From NCBI GenBank assembly GCA_045159875.1, contig CP067995.1:2816001-2880000 (forward strand): a DNA stretch of 64,000 nt, in the 5' to 3' direction. Positions 34,537 to 46,428 of this stretch are shown piece by piece. The position numbers were made by a program, and so were the translations under genes. The stretch is from a cyanobacterium endosymbiont of Rhopalodia gibba (GTDB taxonomy: Bacteria; Cyanobacteriota; Cyanobacteriia; Cyanobacteriales; Microcystaceae). Below the pieces are notes generated by a model, which saw only the letters and a list, made by a program, of their open reading frames with translations, was not told the origin of the DNA and searched no databases. The stretch's first letter is position 1, and each line of letters starts with the position of its first letter.

Positions 34537-36182
34537 TTAATTTAACCTCGTTTTTTGAACTCATGTGTATCCTTGTATTCTAACATTCACTATTTTAACT
34601 CAAGTCTTTAAAAGTTTTTATTATTGTTTAATAAAACTATTAACTATTATTATAATAATAACCTAATTTATTTTAATTAACTATTTTAAATAGGTTAAGA
34701 AGGTTTAAATCTTAATCCAAGAAAGAATTGATAAGGTTCCAGGTGCATCGTTTTTTATAAAAATGGATTTCCGAAATTAGATTCTAATCTAAACTTCATA
34801 AAAGTACTTGATATAAATTACTTTTTATACAAAGATTTTTCTAGTTTTTTATAAAAAAAGCACCAGAAAAATATTATCTCCTAATTACTTTAAAATTACC
34901 TAAATTTTTAGTGTATAAAAATACACTACTAATATAGTCAGCAACTAATTAAAATATCTCTTGTAATTTCTTTTACTTGTAATTTTTTTTAAGTTTATAT
35001 ACAAATATTTTTATTTTTTAGATATTTCCTCTAGGTATTCCTATTTTAAGATAATTTATATAAAAATTTAGATAAGTAAAAGTTACATAACGATTGAGTT
35101 TTTTTATAAACATCAATATAAGGGTGTGATTGGACAGACTTTTTATCTTGGGTTAAAAAATTAACTATTGCTTAGATAAAATTTATTTGTTTCTATTTTT
35201 GAGAATTAAAATGCTACTACTCATCTCTCACCATTTAATTCTGTTTAAAAGCAAATTTTAGAATATCTAGTTCATGTTTAATGAATATAATTTGGTTAAT
35301 TTTATAATTTTTAGCTTTTTTAAAAAGAGCGCTACTATTGAAGTAGTAATAAAATCCTATATTTAACGAATACTGAAATTTTTTCTAAACTTTTAATTGT
35401 CATCAAAACTTATGTATGATTTTTTTAAAACTATTTACATTATTTTAAAAAAATTTTCTCTTAAAAGATGTTTTATTCTAGATTTTATTGATTAGCTTTT
35501 TTGTTAGTTTTATAAACTATTTCTTGAATAAACTTATGAGCTCTAACAATTAAATTCTATCACTTCATTAATCAAAATCAACTTATTTATCTATTTATTT
35601 AAATTGAGCTTACTATATTTCATGATGGTTGAGATAATTTATAAACATAGGAGACATTTATAATATTGCAATAAATATAGAATATATCTATTCAAATAGA
35701 GATCTACTAGCTTTTATTTTTACTTCTCTTTAAATTTTATCTTTAATAAATCTATTTTAAAATTAGGATTATTGATGTTAATATATTTTAAATATATTCT
35801 TAGTCCACATATATTATTCCAAAATAAAACTAATTTTTGATGGCTTTACAATAAAACAGATGACCTGGTTAGCTTTAAGTATAATTGCATATTTACCGGT
35901 ATTTTATATTTATTTAAATATCTAAAATAGTTTTCTTTGTAAACAAGAAATTATCCCAAACTTTCTTAGGATAAGCTTTGTTAGATTGTGCATATTTTTG
36001 TCTAAGTAATTTTAACAAAAATATCGTTTTCTCTCTATTTTTAATTGAATAGCTGATAAGAAGAGCAAATTATTATAGTTTTATAACTAGATCGCTATAT
36101 ATTAATTTTTCCAGGAATTATCCTCGATTAATTATCAAATTTTGTTTTCAGTGGAAATTTTTTTGGAATACGGCTAAAAATT

Positions 36183-36917
36183 TTAACAAATTTTCCCATC
36201 CCGAAACCAAATCGTTTGTTGACAGTGACGGGCAACTTCTGACTCATGAGTTACAATTACTAGAGTAATACCAGTATCACTAAGTTCTTGAAAAATACCT
36301 AGGATTTCTTGAGTCATTTGGGAATCGAGAGCCCCTGTAGGTTCATCGGCCAGAAGTAACAAAGGATTATTGACAATAGCGCGGGCTATTGCCACCCGTT
36401 GTTGTTGTCCACCCGAGAGTTGATTAGGCTTATTATGAAGACGATTCCCTAATCCCACTTTTTCTAAGGCAGTAGCAGCACGCTCACGTCGCTTTTGAGT
36501 TGTGACTCCCGCATAAACCATCGGTAAGATGACATTTTCTAATGCTGTCATCTGCGGTAGTAGGTGAAATTGCTGAAAAACAAAACCAATTTTGCCATTA
36601 CGAATGGCAGCTAATTGTGTTTCTTCGAGTCTCGACACATTCGTATTGTCAAGGTAATAAGAACCTGAAGTAGGACGATCAAGACAACCGACAATATTCA
36701 TTAAGGTCGATTTTCCTGAGCCCGACGCCCCCATGATAGCATAAGATTTTCCTTTTTCTATAGTTAGACTAACGTTTTTGAGAGCATGGACAGTGGTATC
36801 GCCACTACCATAAATTTTAGAAATCTTTTCTAAGCGAATAATGATGGAGTGATATTCGTTAATTTTATTAAAAAAATTCAAGGTGTCTTGGGTAAATGCT
36901 AGACTGTCAGAGGACAT
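36183..36917 (-). CDS. ABC transporter ATP-binding protein (LolD/MacB-like)
   Basis: GASGSGKST Walker [14 protein letters not shown] signature and [12 protein letters not shown]. Confidence 0.93.
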   Translation of the reverse strand: MSSDSLAFTQDTLNFFNKINEYHSIIIRLEKISKIYGSGDTTVHALKNVSLTIEKGKSYAIMGASGSGKSTLMNIVGCLDRPTSGSYYLDNTNVSRLEETQLAAIRNGKIGFVFQQFHLLPQMTALENVILPMVYAGVTTQKRRERAATALEKVGLGNRLHNKPNQLSGGQQQRVAIARAIVNNPLLLLADEPTGALDSQMTQEILGIFQELSDTGITLVIVTHESEVARHCQQTIWFRDGKIC

Positions 36918-37408
36918 TGTGAAGTAAGCGTCAATCTAACTGATTGTTTATCTTGTATTATGACGTACATTACAGAACTTAGACACTTCTTAATAGAATG
37001 GTTGATAATCGCCGTTCTTAGATAGTTTCCATTGAGTCAAAATTTTTCACTGATCCAGTGTGTTAGTTAGAGATTTTTTTGATGACTTGTTTTGCACCAA
37101 TTAACAGTTAAATAACTACTTGTCTAATACTAGATCTTTCAGTGGGTCAGTTCATAGGTTTAACTTCTGCTATTAGCACAGCATCTTTAATCTAGGATAG
37201 CCAAAACTTTTCTCCTAATTCATATCGTGCTTAAATTAAGTCCTTGAATGAAGGGAACACGCCGCTAGATTATATCAGTCTAGGAGCCCCTAAATTTCCA
37301 TATTTAGCCGAGTATTCAACCTCTAGCTATAAAAAAAGTTTTCATGATTTTACTTTCAATAGCCATTAGGATAGTAGAAATAATTAATTCATAACCTGAT
37401 TGTTCTCG

Positions 37409-38524
37409 ATGACAATTAAACGCTTAGCTAATTTTCAATCGTTTGTTTCCCAATCGTCTACTCCTCAATCATCCTCTAGACAGAAGAAATATTCCCCGTC
37501 TTCTGCAATCGTATTATCAGGAAGAGCTACACCCCCAGAAAAGCAAAAGATAGATGAGACCCTTCGTCCTAGTTGCTTAGCTGATTATATTGGACAAAAA
37601 GGACTTAAAAATATTTTGTCTATTGCCATAGAAGCCGCCAAAACTAGACAAGATTCTCTCGAACACTTACTCTTGTACGGACCTCCTGGACTAGGTAAAA
37701 CCACTATTTCTTTAATTATAGCGACGGAAATGGGAGTTAACTGTACAATTACAGCTGCTCCTGCTTTAGAGCGTCCTAGAAATATTACAGGACTACTAGT
37801 TAATCTTAAGCAGGGCGACATTCTCTTTGTTGATGAAATTCACCGTCTAAACCGATTGACTGAAGAATTACTTTACCCAGCAATGGAGGATTATCGTCTT
37901 GACATTACCCTTGGTAAAGGACAATCTGCTAGAACTCGTACTATTTCCTTGCCTAAGTTTACCTTGATCGGAGCAACGACTAAGATCGGAGAGTTAACCT
38001 CTCCCTTACGCGATCGCTTCGGGCTCATTCAACGATTACAATTTTACAAAATTGATGAATTAACATTGATTGTATTACGAACTGCTAAAATTCTGAAGAC
38101 GGAAATTACTAAAGATGGAGCAGCAGAAATAGCTCATCGTTCACGGGGAACCCCTAGAATTGCTAATCGTTTATTACGGCGAGTGAGAGACTATATACAA
38201 GTTAAAAAACTCGATTGTATTAGTAAAAAATTAGCAGCCGAAGCCTTGGATATTTATCAAGTGGATATTCAAGGACTTGATTCGACGGATCGCCTAATCT
38301 TAGAAACTATGATTAAGCAATTTCAAGGAGGACCCATTGGGCTAGAAGCGATCGCGGCTGCTACGGGAGAAGATGCAAAAACTATTGAAGAAGTTTATGA
38401 ACCCTATTTATTACAAATTGGTTATCTTCGTCGTACACCTAGAGGAAGAGTCGTTACTAACCAAGCTTATCAACATTTAGAGCAAATAACTGAGGGACAG
38501 TTATCTACTATTTTTAATAGATAG
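37409..38524 (+). CDS. ruvB: Holliday junction helicase RuvB
   Basis: [45 protein letters not shown] and RTPRGR motifs. Confidence 0.97.
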   Translation: MTIKRLANFQSFVSQSSTPQSSSRQKKYSPSSAIVLSGRATPPEKQKIDETLRPSCLADYIGQKGLKNILSIAIEAAKTRQDSLEHLLLYGPPGLGKTTISLIIATEMGVNCTITAAPALERPRNITGLLVNLKQGDILFVDEIHRLNRLTEELLYPAMEDYRLDITLGKGQSARTRTISLPKFTLIGATTKIGELTSPLRDRFGLIQRLQFYKIDELTLIVLRTAKILKTEITKDGAAEIAHRSRGTPRIANRLLRRVRDYIQVKKLDCISKKLAAEALDIYQVDIQGLDSTDRLILETMIKQFQGGPIGLEAIAAATGEDAKTIEEVYEPYLLQIGYLRRTPRGRVVTNQAYQHLEQITEGQLSTIFNR

Positions 38525-38728
38525 TTAATTAAGAGTTCGAAATTAATTGACTGGGCTAGACTAGCCATGACAAAATCACAATATAAAAGACTAAAAATCT
38601 TTCTCTAAAAGTCGCGAATAACTTCTTTCAAAAGAACCAGTCAGAGTTCGATTTAATCACTCAAAAAATAATCTCTCCGAAGAGAGACTTGATTCTAAGC
38701 TTAATAGCTAATTTTTGACCTAATGACT

Positions 38729-39541
38729 TTAACCGGTTACTTGTTGGACTAAAGCAATAACGTCACTACGGCTTAATTTTTTTTTGCCTAAAGCCATCAC
38801 TTCTAGAGTTCCATAGGCCAATGCCAAAGGAATTTTACAAAAATCCAAAGCCGGTCCTGGAGGCAAAGACTTAGTGTAGTAATCAGCTAACGTAAGGTTA
38901 CGACGAGCATATTGATGAATATCTTGTTCTAGCCATCCCTGGGGCAGGAAATTGACTCCCCGTTTCAGATCTTCGCGATGATTACGGACAATATTAACCG
39001 CTTGTAACCCTCGACCAAATCCAATAGCATGAGTTCGGTTAGTTTGAGTCCCATCGTACCAGGCCCACAAGTCAGACAAAAGTAACCCTACTGCCCCAGC
39101 CACACTAAAGGTATATTGATCTAAGTTAGCTTCAGTATTGATTGTCCAGTTATTTTCAGCCCAATAGGCCATACGATCAGCCATTGCTGCTGTAGCATCC
39201 CAAACACGAGGAGCAATGGAGTTAGGAGCCAACAAAGCCCATTCTCCTACCCGCAAAGTTACATCTGGCAAAATAGCATTGTAAGACATTAATCCGACTG
39301 AAAAATTATCAATCCTAGTGTTTTCTGTCCCTGACTGTAAATCGAGACTCATACGGCGTAAGAGTTTAGCTTTGGTAAAATTATCAAGTTGAGGATGATC
39401 TTCTACTTCATCAATAGCCCGCATACATAAATAAGCAGAGGAGACAGCCTCCTGTAACCCATCTGGAAGACGGCTAATGGGAATGTAAAATGTTCTACTC
39501 GTTTCCTTGAGAAATTTTAAGGCATTATTTCGTAAAGTCAT
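38729..39541 (-). CDS. sqs: Squalene synthase (phytoene/squalene synthase family)
   Basis: SRTFYIPI, YLCMRAIDEVED, VAGAVGLLL and GLQAVNIVRN as in cyanobacterial squalene synthase. Confidence 0.8.
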   Translation of the reverse strand: MTLRNNALKFLKETSRTFYIPISRLPDGLQEAVSSAYLCMRAIDEVEDHPQLDNFTKAKLLRRMSLDLQSGTENTRIDNFSVGLMSYNAILPDVTLRVGEWALLAPNSIAPRVWDATAAMADRMAYWAENNWTINTEANLDQYTFSVAGAVGLLLSDLWAWYDGTQTNRTHAIGFGRGLQAVNIVRNHREDLKRGVNFLPQGWLEQDIHQYARRNLTLADYYTKSLPPGPALDFCKIPLALAYGTLEVMALGKKKLSRSDVIALVQQVTG

Positions 39542-39548
39542 TTATTTA

Positions 39549-39561
39549 ACTCCTCACACCA
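39549..39561 (-). promoter_or_regulatory. RBS of squalene synthase coinciding with a perfect complement of the Yfr1 sRNA seed
   Basis: mRNA reads UGGUGUGAGGAGUUAAAUAAAUG; the plus strand reads ACTCCTCACAC at 39549-39559. Confidence 0.55.
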
Positions 39562-39817
39562 ATTTAGGCAATAGCATAGACTTACTTATCTGAAGATATC
39601 TAACTAAACTATTATGAAGTTCCTGACTAAAGGAAAATTTACTATCTAATATGTTAGATATTAAAGACGATGTCCATTGTATTACGCTTAAGTAAAATTT
39701 GCTTTAATTAGATAGTTTCATCAGATTAAGTACATTCTGATTAAGTAAACGACAGCTCTCTATCCTCAATAAAATAAAAAGTTAACAAGTTCTAAAGATT
39801 CAGTTGTGACTCACGAT

Positions 39818-40240
39818 ATGAATAAGTCTCAACCAAGACAAGATCAACTATTGAGTGGTTCTCGGTATTAGAACTGTCTCTCTACCAAATCAAGATCTAA
39901 CCGAGATTTCTGTGGGGCTTTATCTCCTCGGCATTGCAAAAATTAGTGAAGTTGAGCATGGTTTCATCGTTGATTTTTATTTAGGATCGCAATAATACAA
40001 CCAGCGACCACCATGATTAAACTAGCATTTTGGTCAGATTCTTGCCAAGTGATTCTCAAAATTATTCTAGCTACAGCTACTATGATCAGCTTGAATACCT
40101 ATCTAATTGATGCTGTTTCAAGAGTTATCCTGTGCGGACAGTTTAACCGCAGAGAACAAGGATTATTCTCAAGATTTATTAGTTTTTGTTGCTTTGGGAG
40201 AGTTAGTAATTAACATTAATACCTGAAAGTTATCAGCTGG
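39818..40240 (+). pseudogene. Probable pentameric ligand-gated ion channel (GLIC/ELIC-like) remnant
   Basis: From 39882: TEISVGLYLLGIAKISEVEHGFIVDFYLGSQ*YNQR (beta1-beta2 pattern, with the Trp position a TAA), then ATATMISLNTYL...SLTAENK resembling M2/M2-M3. Confidence 0.5.
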
Positions 40241-41780
40241 TAGTTTTAAGTTTTACTATTATACAATAGTAATTTTGGCTTAAATCAGTAAGATATAGAT
40301 TCTATGGCGATTTTTATTTAGATAGATAAAAGTGAAGAAACAAGGAAAATATTAGTTATATTAAAAATATATATATATGCTCCACAAATATTCCTACTAA
40401 AATAATAAAAATTAACAGTAAAGCCAATTAATAAACTTAGCAAAAACTACTTAATTTTGTTAAATAATTCTTAAAAAAAATAAAGCTACTACTTTTTATC
40501 TAAATATTTGCCTACCCAAAAGATGGGGCTTAAAAGCAAGATCTTGCTCGATAAAATTAGATACCAAAACTAAAATAAACTAAAAAATATATTTCATATA
40601 TTTAAAGTTTACATAAATATATTTAAAACTTTTAGAATTAGTTTGTATTGACCAAACTAGAGTTTATCTAACCATGATTCGTCACCTTCGCAGAAGAACT
40701 CAAAGAAAACAAGCTTATGGAATCTACAATAATGGTAAAAGTCGTATTTTTATTCCCTTATTCTCATAATTTTTAATAGATTAAAAATAGTTGATTAAAA
40801 ATTAAATAATTTTTACAATCTCAAGAATACCAAAATTATACAAAACTCAATCAATCTCATAATTTAGTAATTAATGAGAATATAGTCGGACAGTTTATAG
40901 CACTGCTATTATTATGAGCTATATAATTGAAAACTACTACTAACAAATTATATGGTACTGAGTATTTTCAGCACTAAACTCGGTATGTTACAAATTTTTT
41001 TTCAGAAAATGGAACAAGTAATTTTCTTTACTGTGATTCAAACAGAGCCATGCACCATTATATAAAAATTCTTAAAAAATTAATTACAATCTCTCTACAT
41101 AGAAATTTTAGATATTTAGAAACTCTTCTTTTGAAGAGGAGCTAATATGCTCACATTCATTGTTACCATCAAACTAAGTAAAAAATTACTATGAATGTGA
41201 CCATAAATTAAGCAGAACTGTTACTAGAGGGGAATAAGGAAACTCGTGTAATAAAAGACATTCTAGAAATCAGAATAACTCTAACTTTTTAGAGCTCAGC
41301 TATTTCAGATAAATCTAATAGTTTTACTCCGAAAAAGCTTAAAATATAAGAAAGGATAGGTTGAAAATCTAAAGATAATGAAATGTCTAACATGGTTTAA
41401 AGTATCTCCAATCAATTCTATTTTGTAAGATACTAATCAGCTTTTCTAAACTATTTGACATAAGCTCAAAATTGATTCCAGTTATATATAAAAGTTTCTC
41501 TGTTAAAACAACAGAATAATAGCTGAACATCTCATCATTTACCTTATATAGAAGAGCTCAAAGTATAATCATTTTAAAAATTTTTTTTTGACTCTATATC
41601 TTTGAGAGTTTTCTCTTTATATTTTGGATTTTCTAAAGAACTAAAAATTTTTTTAATATCTTTGGTATTTAGATTTTTTACTTTCTCACTTAGATTTAAC
41701 TCTAGCCTTGTTAACTCATTTTAATATGTTTATATTGTAAATAACTTTTCACCTTATAAACAGACAATTTTTACCTAATG

Positions 41781-42653
41781 TTATTTAACCAAAGGAAATC
41801 CTAATTCATCTCGTTGTTGTAAATATAATTGAGCAATTTCTCTGGCTAAATTGCGAATACGTCCAATATAACGAGTTCTCTCGGCTACTGCGATAACTCC
41901 TCGTGCATCCAACAAATTAAAGCTATGGGAACATTTCAGAATATAATCTAAACTCGGTAACACTAACCCTCGTTTAAGGAGTTGTTTAGCTTCCTGTTCG
42001 TATAGTTCAAATAGTTTAAACAATAATTCGGGATCAGAGGCTTTAAAATTATAGGTACACTGTTCTACCTCACCTTTTAGAAAAATATCACCATAATTCA
42101 CCTGATCGTTCCACTGAATTTTGGTAATGGCTTCTACATTTTGGAGATACATAGCTAACCGTTCCAACCCATAAGTAATCTCGATAGAAACGGGACGACA
42201 ATCAATCCCCCCACATTGTTGAAAATAGGTAAACTGAGTGATTTCCATGCCATCTAACCAAACTTCCCAACCCACACCCCAAGCTCCTAGAGTAGGAGAC
42301 TCCCAATCATCCTCGACAAAACGAATATCATGATCTCCAGGATGAATTCCTAACTTTCTTAGAGAGTCAAGATAAGTTTCTTGAATATTATTAGGAGAGG
42401 GTTTAATAAGTACCTGATATTGAAAATAGTGCTGAAAGCGATTAGGGTTTTCTCCATAGCGGCCATCTGTTGGCCGACGACAGGGTTCTACATAGGCTAC
42501 TGCCCAAGGTTCAGGTCCAATTGCCCGCAAGAAAGTATGAGGACTCATAGTTCCTGCTCCTTTCTCTGTGTCGTAGGGTTGAATGATCAAGCACCCACAA
42601 TCGCTCCAAAACTCATGTAATTTAGTAATGATTCCCTGAAAATTAATCGACAC
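41781..42653 (-). CDS. glyQ: Glycine--tRNA ligase alpha subunit
   Basis: [42 protein letters not shown] and EITYGLERL motifs. Confidence 0.98.
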   Translation of the reverse strand: MSINFQGIITKLHEFWSDCGCLIIQPYDTEKGAGTMSPHTFLRAIGPEPWAVAYVEPCRRPTDGRYGENPNRFQHYFQYQVLIKPSPNNIQETYLDSLRKLGIHPGDHDIRFVEDDWESPTLGAWGVGWEVWLDGMEITQFTYFQQCGGIDCRPVSIEITYGLERLAMYLQNVEAITKIQWNDQVNYGDIFLKGEVEQCTYNFKASDPELLFKLFELYEQEAKQLLKRGLVLPSLDYILKCSHSFNLLDARGVIAVAERTRYIGRIRNLAREIAQLYLQQRDELGFPLVK

Positions 42654-42907
42654 TTAATACCCTCACGTCTCAAAACAAATCTCAATAAACTGTCCAACGT
42701 CCATTCTGACACTCTGACCATTACATTTTCAAGGGTTATCTTGATCTATCTGAACTAGAATTTGCGGAGGAAAGTGTTTAAGCAAGGATGGAAAACTTAA
42801 AATGGATAATGATTTTTGCTTTTTTCTTAAAATATCAGTTTACTAAACAATGAAAAACCCGCCTCAGTCATCAGTCTGAAGAACACTGAGACTAACATGG
42901 ACACTAG

Positions 42908-43180
42908 TAAGTAGGTAGACTTAAATTTAAATAAGTACAAAATAGAAAAGCACTTTTCTATTTTGTACTCACTAAATAAATGTTAGTCTACTTGAAAATT
43001 TAGCTAGTAGAATTAGAAGGGCAAAAACTATCTCCAGAATGAGAATAGAAACAGAAATATTATGTTTACCTGCAACAGGATGGAAAATTTTAGAAATTGC
43101 AGACTGGCTGAAAATTTTTAGAATATAATTAGGAAAACAATTTTCAAATAGATCCTACAAGGAACAGAATGATTGTACAA
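42908..43180 (+). mobile_element. Truncated IS630 relic containing a perfect 17-bp hairpin (42934-42969)
   Basis: TAAGTAGGTAGAC terminus; fragments RMRIETEILCL and GWKILEIADWL resemble an IS630 N-terminal HTH. Confidence 0.65.
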
Positions 43181-43284
43181 TTTTTCGAGCTACCGTTTGT
43201 CTGAGAACTTGTTATTAAGATTTTTGTCTCTCCATTGAGAATCATATTGCTATTAAGAGAAAATAGACATATTAAGTGGTAGAG

Positions 43285-43672
43285 TGATCTCCCTGATAAC
43301 TATTTCTACAACATACACTCAAAGCATAAATTATGTATTTTTTGATCTAAGCTAATCGCTTCTTGATGTTTTGCTTTAATATCTGCTGTGGAGACATTAC
43401 TTTGGACAATTTGCCGTGAATACCGGCTGGTTACTTGTATTTTTTCCCATAATTTCTCTATTTAAGGACGATATCTTTAACAAATAGAATTGAGTTTGTT
43501 GATTTGCTCATTGCTGAGGTTAAGTTATTCCATTAATTTTTTTTGCCTCTTTTGGACTCGTCTTCCCAAGTTACTACATCTTCGGGCATGCTGTTGATGT
43601 TGACACTTAGAAATAAAACAATCCTGTTGTGGAAAATATTCTGCAAAAACGATGGCACGATGTAACAGAAGG
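43285..43672 (-). pseudogene. Spy/CpxP-family periplasmic chaperone pseudogene
   Basis: KLME*LNLSNEQINKLNSI..RYRP*IEKL...STADIKAKHQEAISLDQKIHNLCFECML: LTXXQ-type motif and the FESML-like motif, with stops. Confidence 0.75.
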
Positions 43673-43699
43673 GTGAACAAAGTTATTAGTCGCTTCAGG

Positions 43700-44034
43700 A
43701 AGTTAATACTGAGATATTAGGTTTCAGGATTTACTAACAACAATCAATTAAAATACAATAGCTTATAAGAGTTTTCACCTAATGTCTTTCCTCGGGGGTT
43801 TGCAAATTTTCCAGCATAAAAGTTTACAGTTCGATTATATTTCTCCTATTTCTTAGAAGAGTTGTAACCAATGATAATTCTTACTAAGAGCTGCTAGTGA
43901 CCACTGCCCCAGGAATAAGCGAAACATCAAGTTAGATTTTCTAACCTTTAAGTACAAATTATGTAGATTAATTAACTTGCAAAAGAGAGTTTTTTAGGAT
44001 AGGCAAGAAACGGTACTTTTTAATAAATTAGATA
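43700..44034 (-). pseudogene. Putative anti-sigma / membrane protein remnant
   Basis: Lies between the ECF sigma and Spy remnants; fragments LIPGAVVTS and EL*TFMLEN. Confidence 0.45.
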
Positions 44035-44610
44035 TTATAATACTCTTTTTTTTTCAAGAAACTTACGGACTTGATTGTGAGTATAAAATAAACGAGACTT
44101 TACGGTTCCTACAGGTAACTTCAAAATATTTATAACCTCTTTTTGGGATACACTGTCTAAGTGATGTAATACTAAAGCAAGATAATGTTTTAATCTGAAG
44201 GTTTGTAATCATTGTTAAGCTAAATCTCAAGAATGCATCCGCATTAAGTCAGAAGTATCTGATGACAGAGAAAGGGTCATATTTAAGATTGCGCTATCTT
44301 TAGTTAAAGAGAGACTTTAAGCTAACTTCCGTCTTTTATCAGTAGCTACGTTCCAGGTAATTCCGTACAGCTAAGTAGAAAAATCATTGAAGTTTCGTAG
44401 TCGAGGTAATGCTTTCCAAACTCGGAGAAAGACTTTCTGTACTATGTCTTTGTCTTTTGTATAAGCTTGGTTGTTTGCCAACATGATTGTGCTTTACTTC
44501 ACCAGTCAATTCACTTGTTTAGACTGAGAAGTTATTTGACAGTTTAATCAATGACGAAGAAGAATAAATATCTTGCTAGCTTTTAAAAAGTTGTCATTGA
44601 AATGTCATAT
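44035..44610 (-). pseudogene. ECF (group 4) sigma factor pseudogene, SigH-like
   Basis: Region 2: VQKVFLRVWKALPRLRNFNDFST*LYGITWNVATDKRR. Region 4: LVLHHLDSVSQKEVINILKLPVGTVKSRLFYTHNQVRKFL. TAG at 44371-44373 and other stops. Confidence 0.88.
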
Positions 44611-45145
44611 CCATGCCATTCTTCATATATCTATCCAATTTATATTGGATAGAAAAAAATGAATAAATAGGGGATAAACTGATGCAAGGAGATCAGTGAA
44701 GAAGTTTTGAACAATACCTTTCTCAAAAAGTCTCTTTTACTTTAACTTGCTGAGAATTTAATTGCGTTTTTATTGACTGTCATGACTGTTCTTTATTAGA
44801 GACTTTTTATAAAAAAATATCAAGTAGAATAGACTTAAGTAATTGTTCTTATTATAAGTATCAACCAATGTTAAATTGCACTGTAATGCAACAAGCCCAA
44901 TTAATCTTAATTGTCTTGGGTCTTTTATTGTATTCTACATCCCCTACTGCCTTACTAAGATTTGTCAAAACGACAGTTTCTTAAAAAAGACTTTCTTCCA
45001 AGAGAATGACTTATTAACATATAAATTTTGAGATTAGTAAAAGAGATATATTGATGGTGTGAGCAGTAAATAATTTAGGAAATTTACCTGTAGTTTTATC
45101 GAAAATTAAATCTTCATTTTACAAGGGAAATATTTAAAATCGTAA

Positions 45146-46276
45146 TTATTGATTAGCTATTAGTAAGCGAGAGGCTAAAAGTCTATCCATCCACATTTCT
45201 AAATAAGCGCGATTTTTTTTTTGTTGTTCAAATTCAATTGAATTTAAAGAATAAGGGGCTAATCCTTTAATAGCAGCTGTGATTACACAAAACATAGATT
45301 TTTGAAAAGTCTGAAAAATTTTTACTAATAAGTCGTCTTCTTGACGAATACTTTTTTGGTAAAATTCGTGAAGATAGTCTGGCAAATAATGTCTCATATC
45401 CTGCATCAATAGAGTAGGTGGAATTCCTGCACATCCTACACAGAGAGGATCAGCGTGTAAAGCCCCATAAGTAAATAAACCTTGTTCTTTGGGAATTTTA
45501 TAAGCTTGAGCGTTGTAAGAAATCGTTCCTAAAAAGGGAGTTCCTCGAAAGAAAATTGATTCTATATAAGGAATTGCTGTGTCAGCCAAAAAAGTTAGCC
45601 CAACAGATTTAGGAATAATATCGTAGCTTTTATTAAAAATAAAAACTTGATAAGCAATCGGTTTATTAGCATCTTTAACTAACCCATCTAAGATATGTTT
45701 AACTACTTGTGAAATTGATTTAATTTCTTCTTTGTCATAACGCTCAGAAAGAGACAAAAATAGATCAGCCATGACTCGCCAAAATTGCCCTAAACCACTA
45801 TAATAGGACATCATTCTTATTTGTTCAGGCAAAAATTCAGGAAAAATCTTATCTAAAGCTAACATTAAAAAGTTATTTTTAAACTTAGCTTTAATAATCT
45901 GTTTGACAGTTTCTTTAAACTCTGGAGTATCTAAGTATCTATCTAGTCCTCCTCCTCCATGCCACATCATAGACTTCACACAATATTCAGCATACTCAAA
46001 ATTAATACGGTCATGACCCCAATGGTCCAATAATTTTTGGAAGGAAACCTCACCATTAAAATATTTAAAAAAAGGAAATATTCTTAGGAATTGATTTTCA
46101 GCAATATAAATTAAATTACGGGAATAAGCATCTAATATCATTCCATAACTCTTTAAAATACCTACCACTTCAAGAACATTGTTAGGCGAGTTTTTGAGAA
46201 GTGCTTTTCCTTGTTCTAAACGATAGATGTACTCAGCAAGAGGATGGCACGAAGGTTTCAGTTGGATAGTAACCAT
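45146..46276 (-). CDS. cupB: CO2 hydration protein CupB/ChpX (NDH-1(4) subunit)
   Basis: LEVVGILKSYG, HDRINFEYAEYC, YSGLGQFWRVM and AGIPPTLLMQDM motifs; the 376-aa length fits CupB rather than CupA. Confidence 0.88.
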   Translation of the reverse strand: MVTIQLKPSCHPLAEYIYRLEQGKALLKNSPNNVLEVVGILKSYGMILDAYSRNLIYIAENQFLRIFPFFKYFNGEVSFQKLLDHWGHDRINFEYAEYCVKSMMWHGGGGLDRYLDTPEFKETVKQIIKAKFKNNFLMLALDKIFPEFLPEQIRMMSYYSGLGQFWRVMADLFLSLSERYDKEEIKSISQVVKHILDGLVKDANKPIAYQVFIFNKSYDIIPKSVGLTFLADTAIPYIESIFFRGTPFLGTISYNAQAYKIPKEQGLFTYGALHADPLCVGCAGIPPTLLMQDMRHYLPDYLHEFYQKSIRQEDDLLVKIFQTFQKSMFCVITAAIKGLAPYSLNSIEFEQQKKNRAYLEMWMDRLLASRLLIANQ

Positions 46277-46428
46277 AGTATATTTACTGAATTTTTGTTG
46301 ACAGTTTAATTGGATGATTGCAGAAAAGTGATTGCCTTCTGTAGTTTTACATGAAGGGATTTAGATACCCCACTTTGTGTGTTAATTTATCAATACTGAA
46401 TGGTACGCATTGCTATATGATGGAAAAC

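Noticed and set aside
34560..36180. ncRNA or gene in the long AT-rich spacer (likewise 40250-41780 and 62900-64000)
   Set aside because: No ORF, RNA motif or repeat that I could support; probably very old IS or gene debris.
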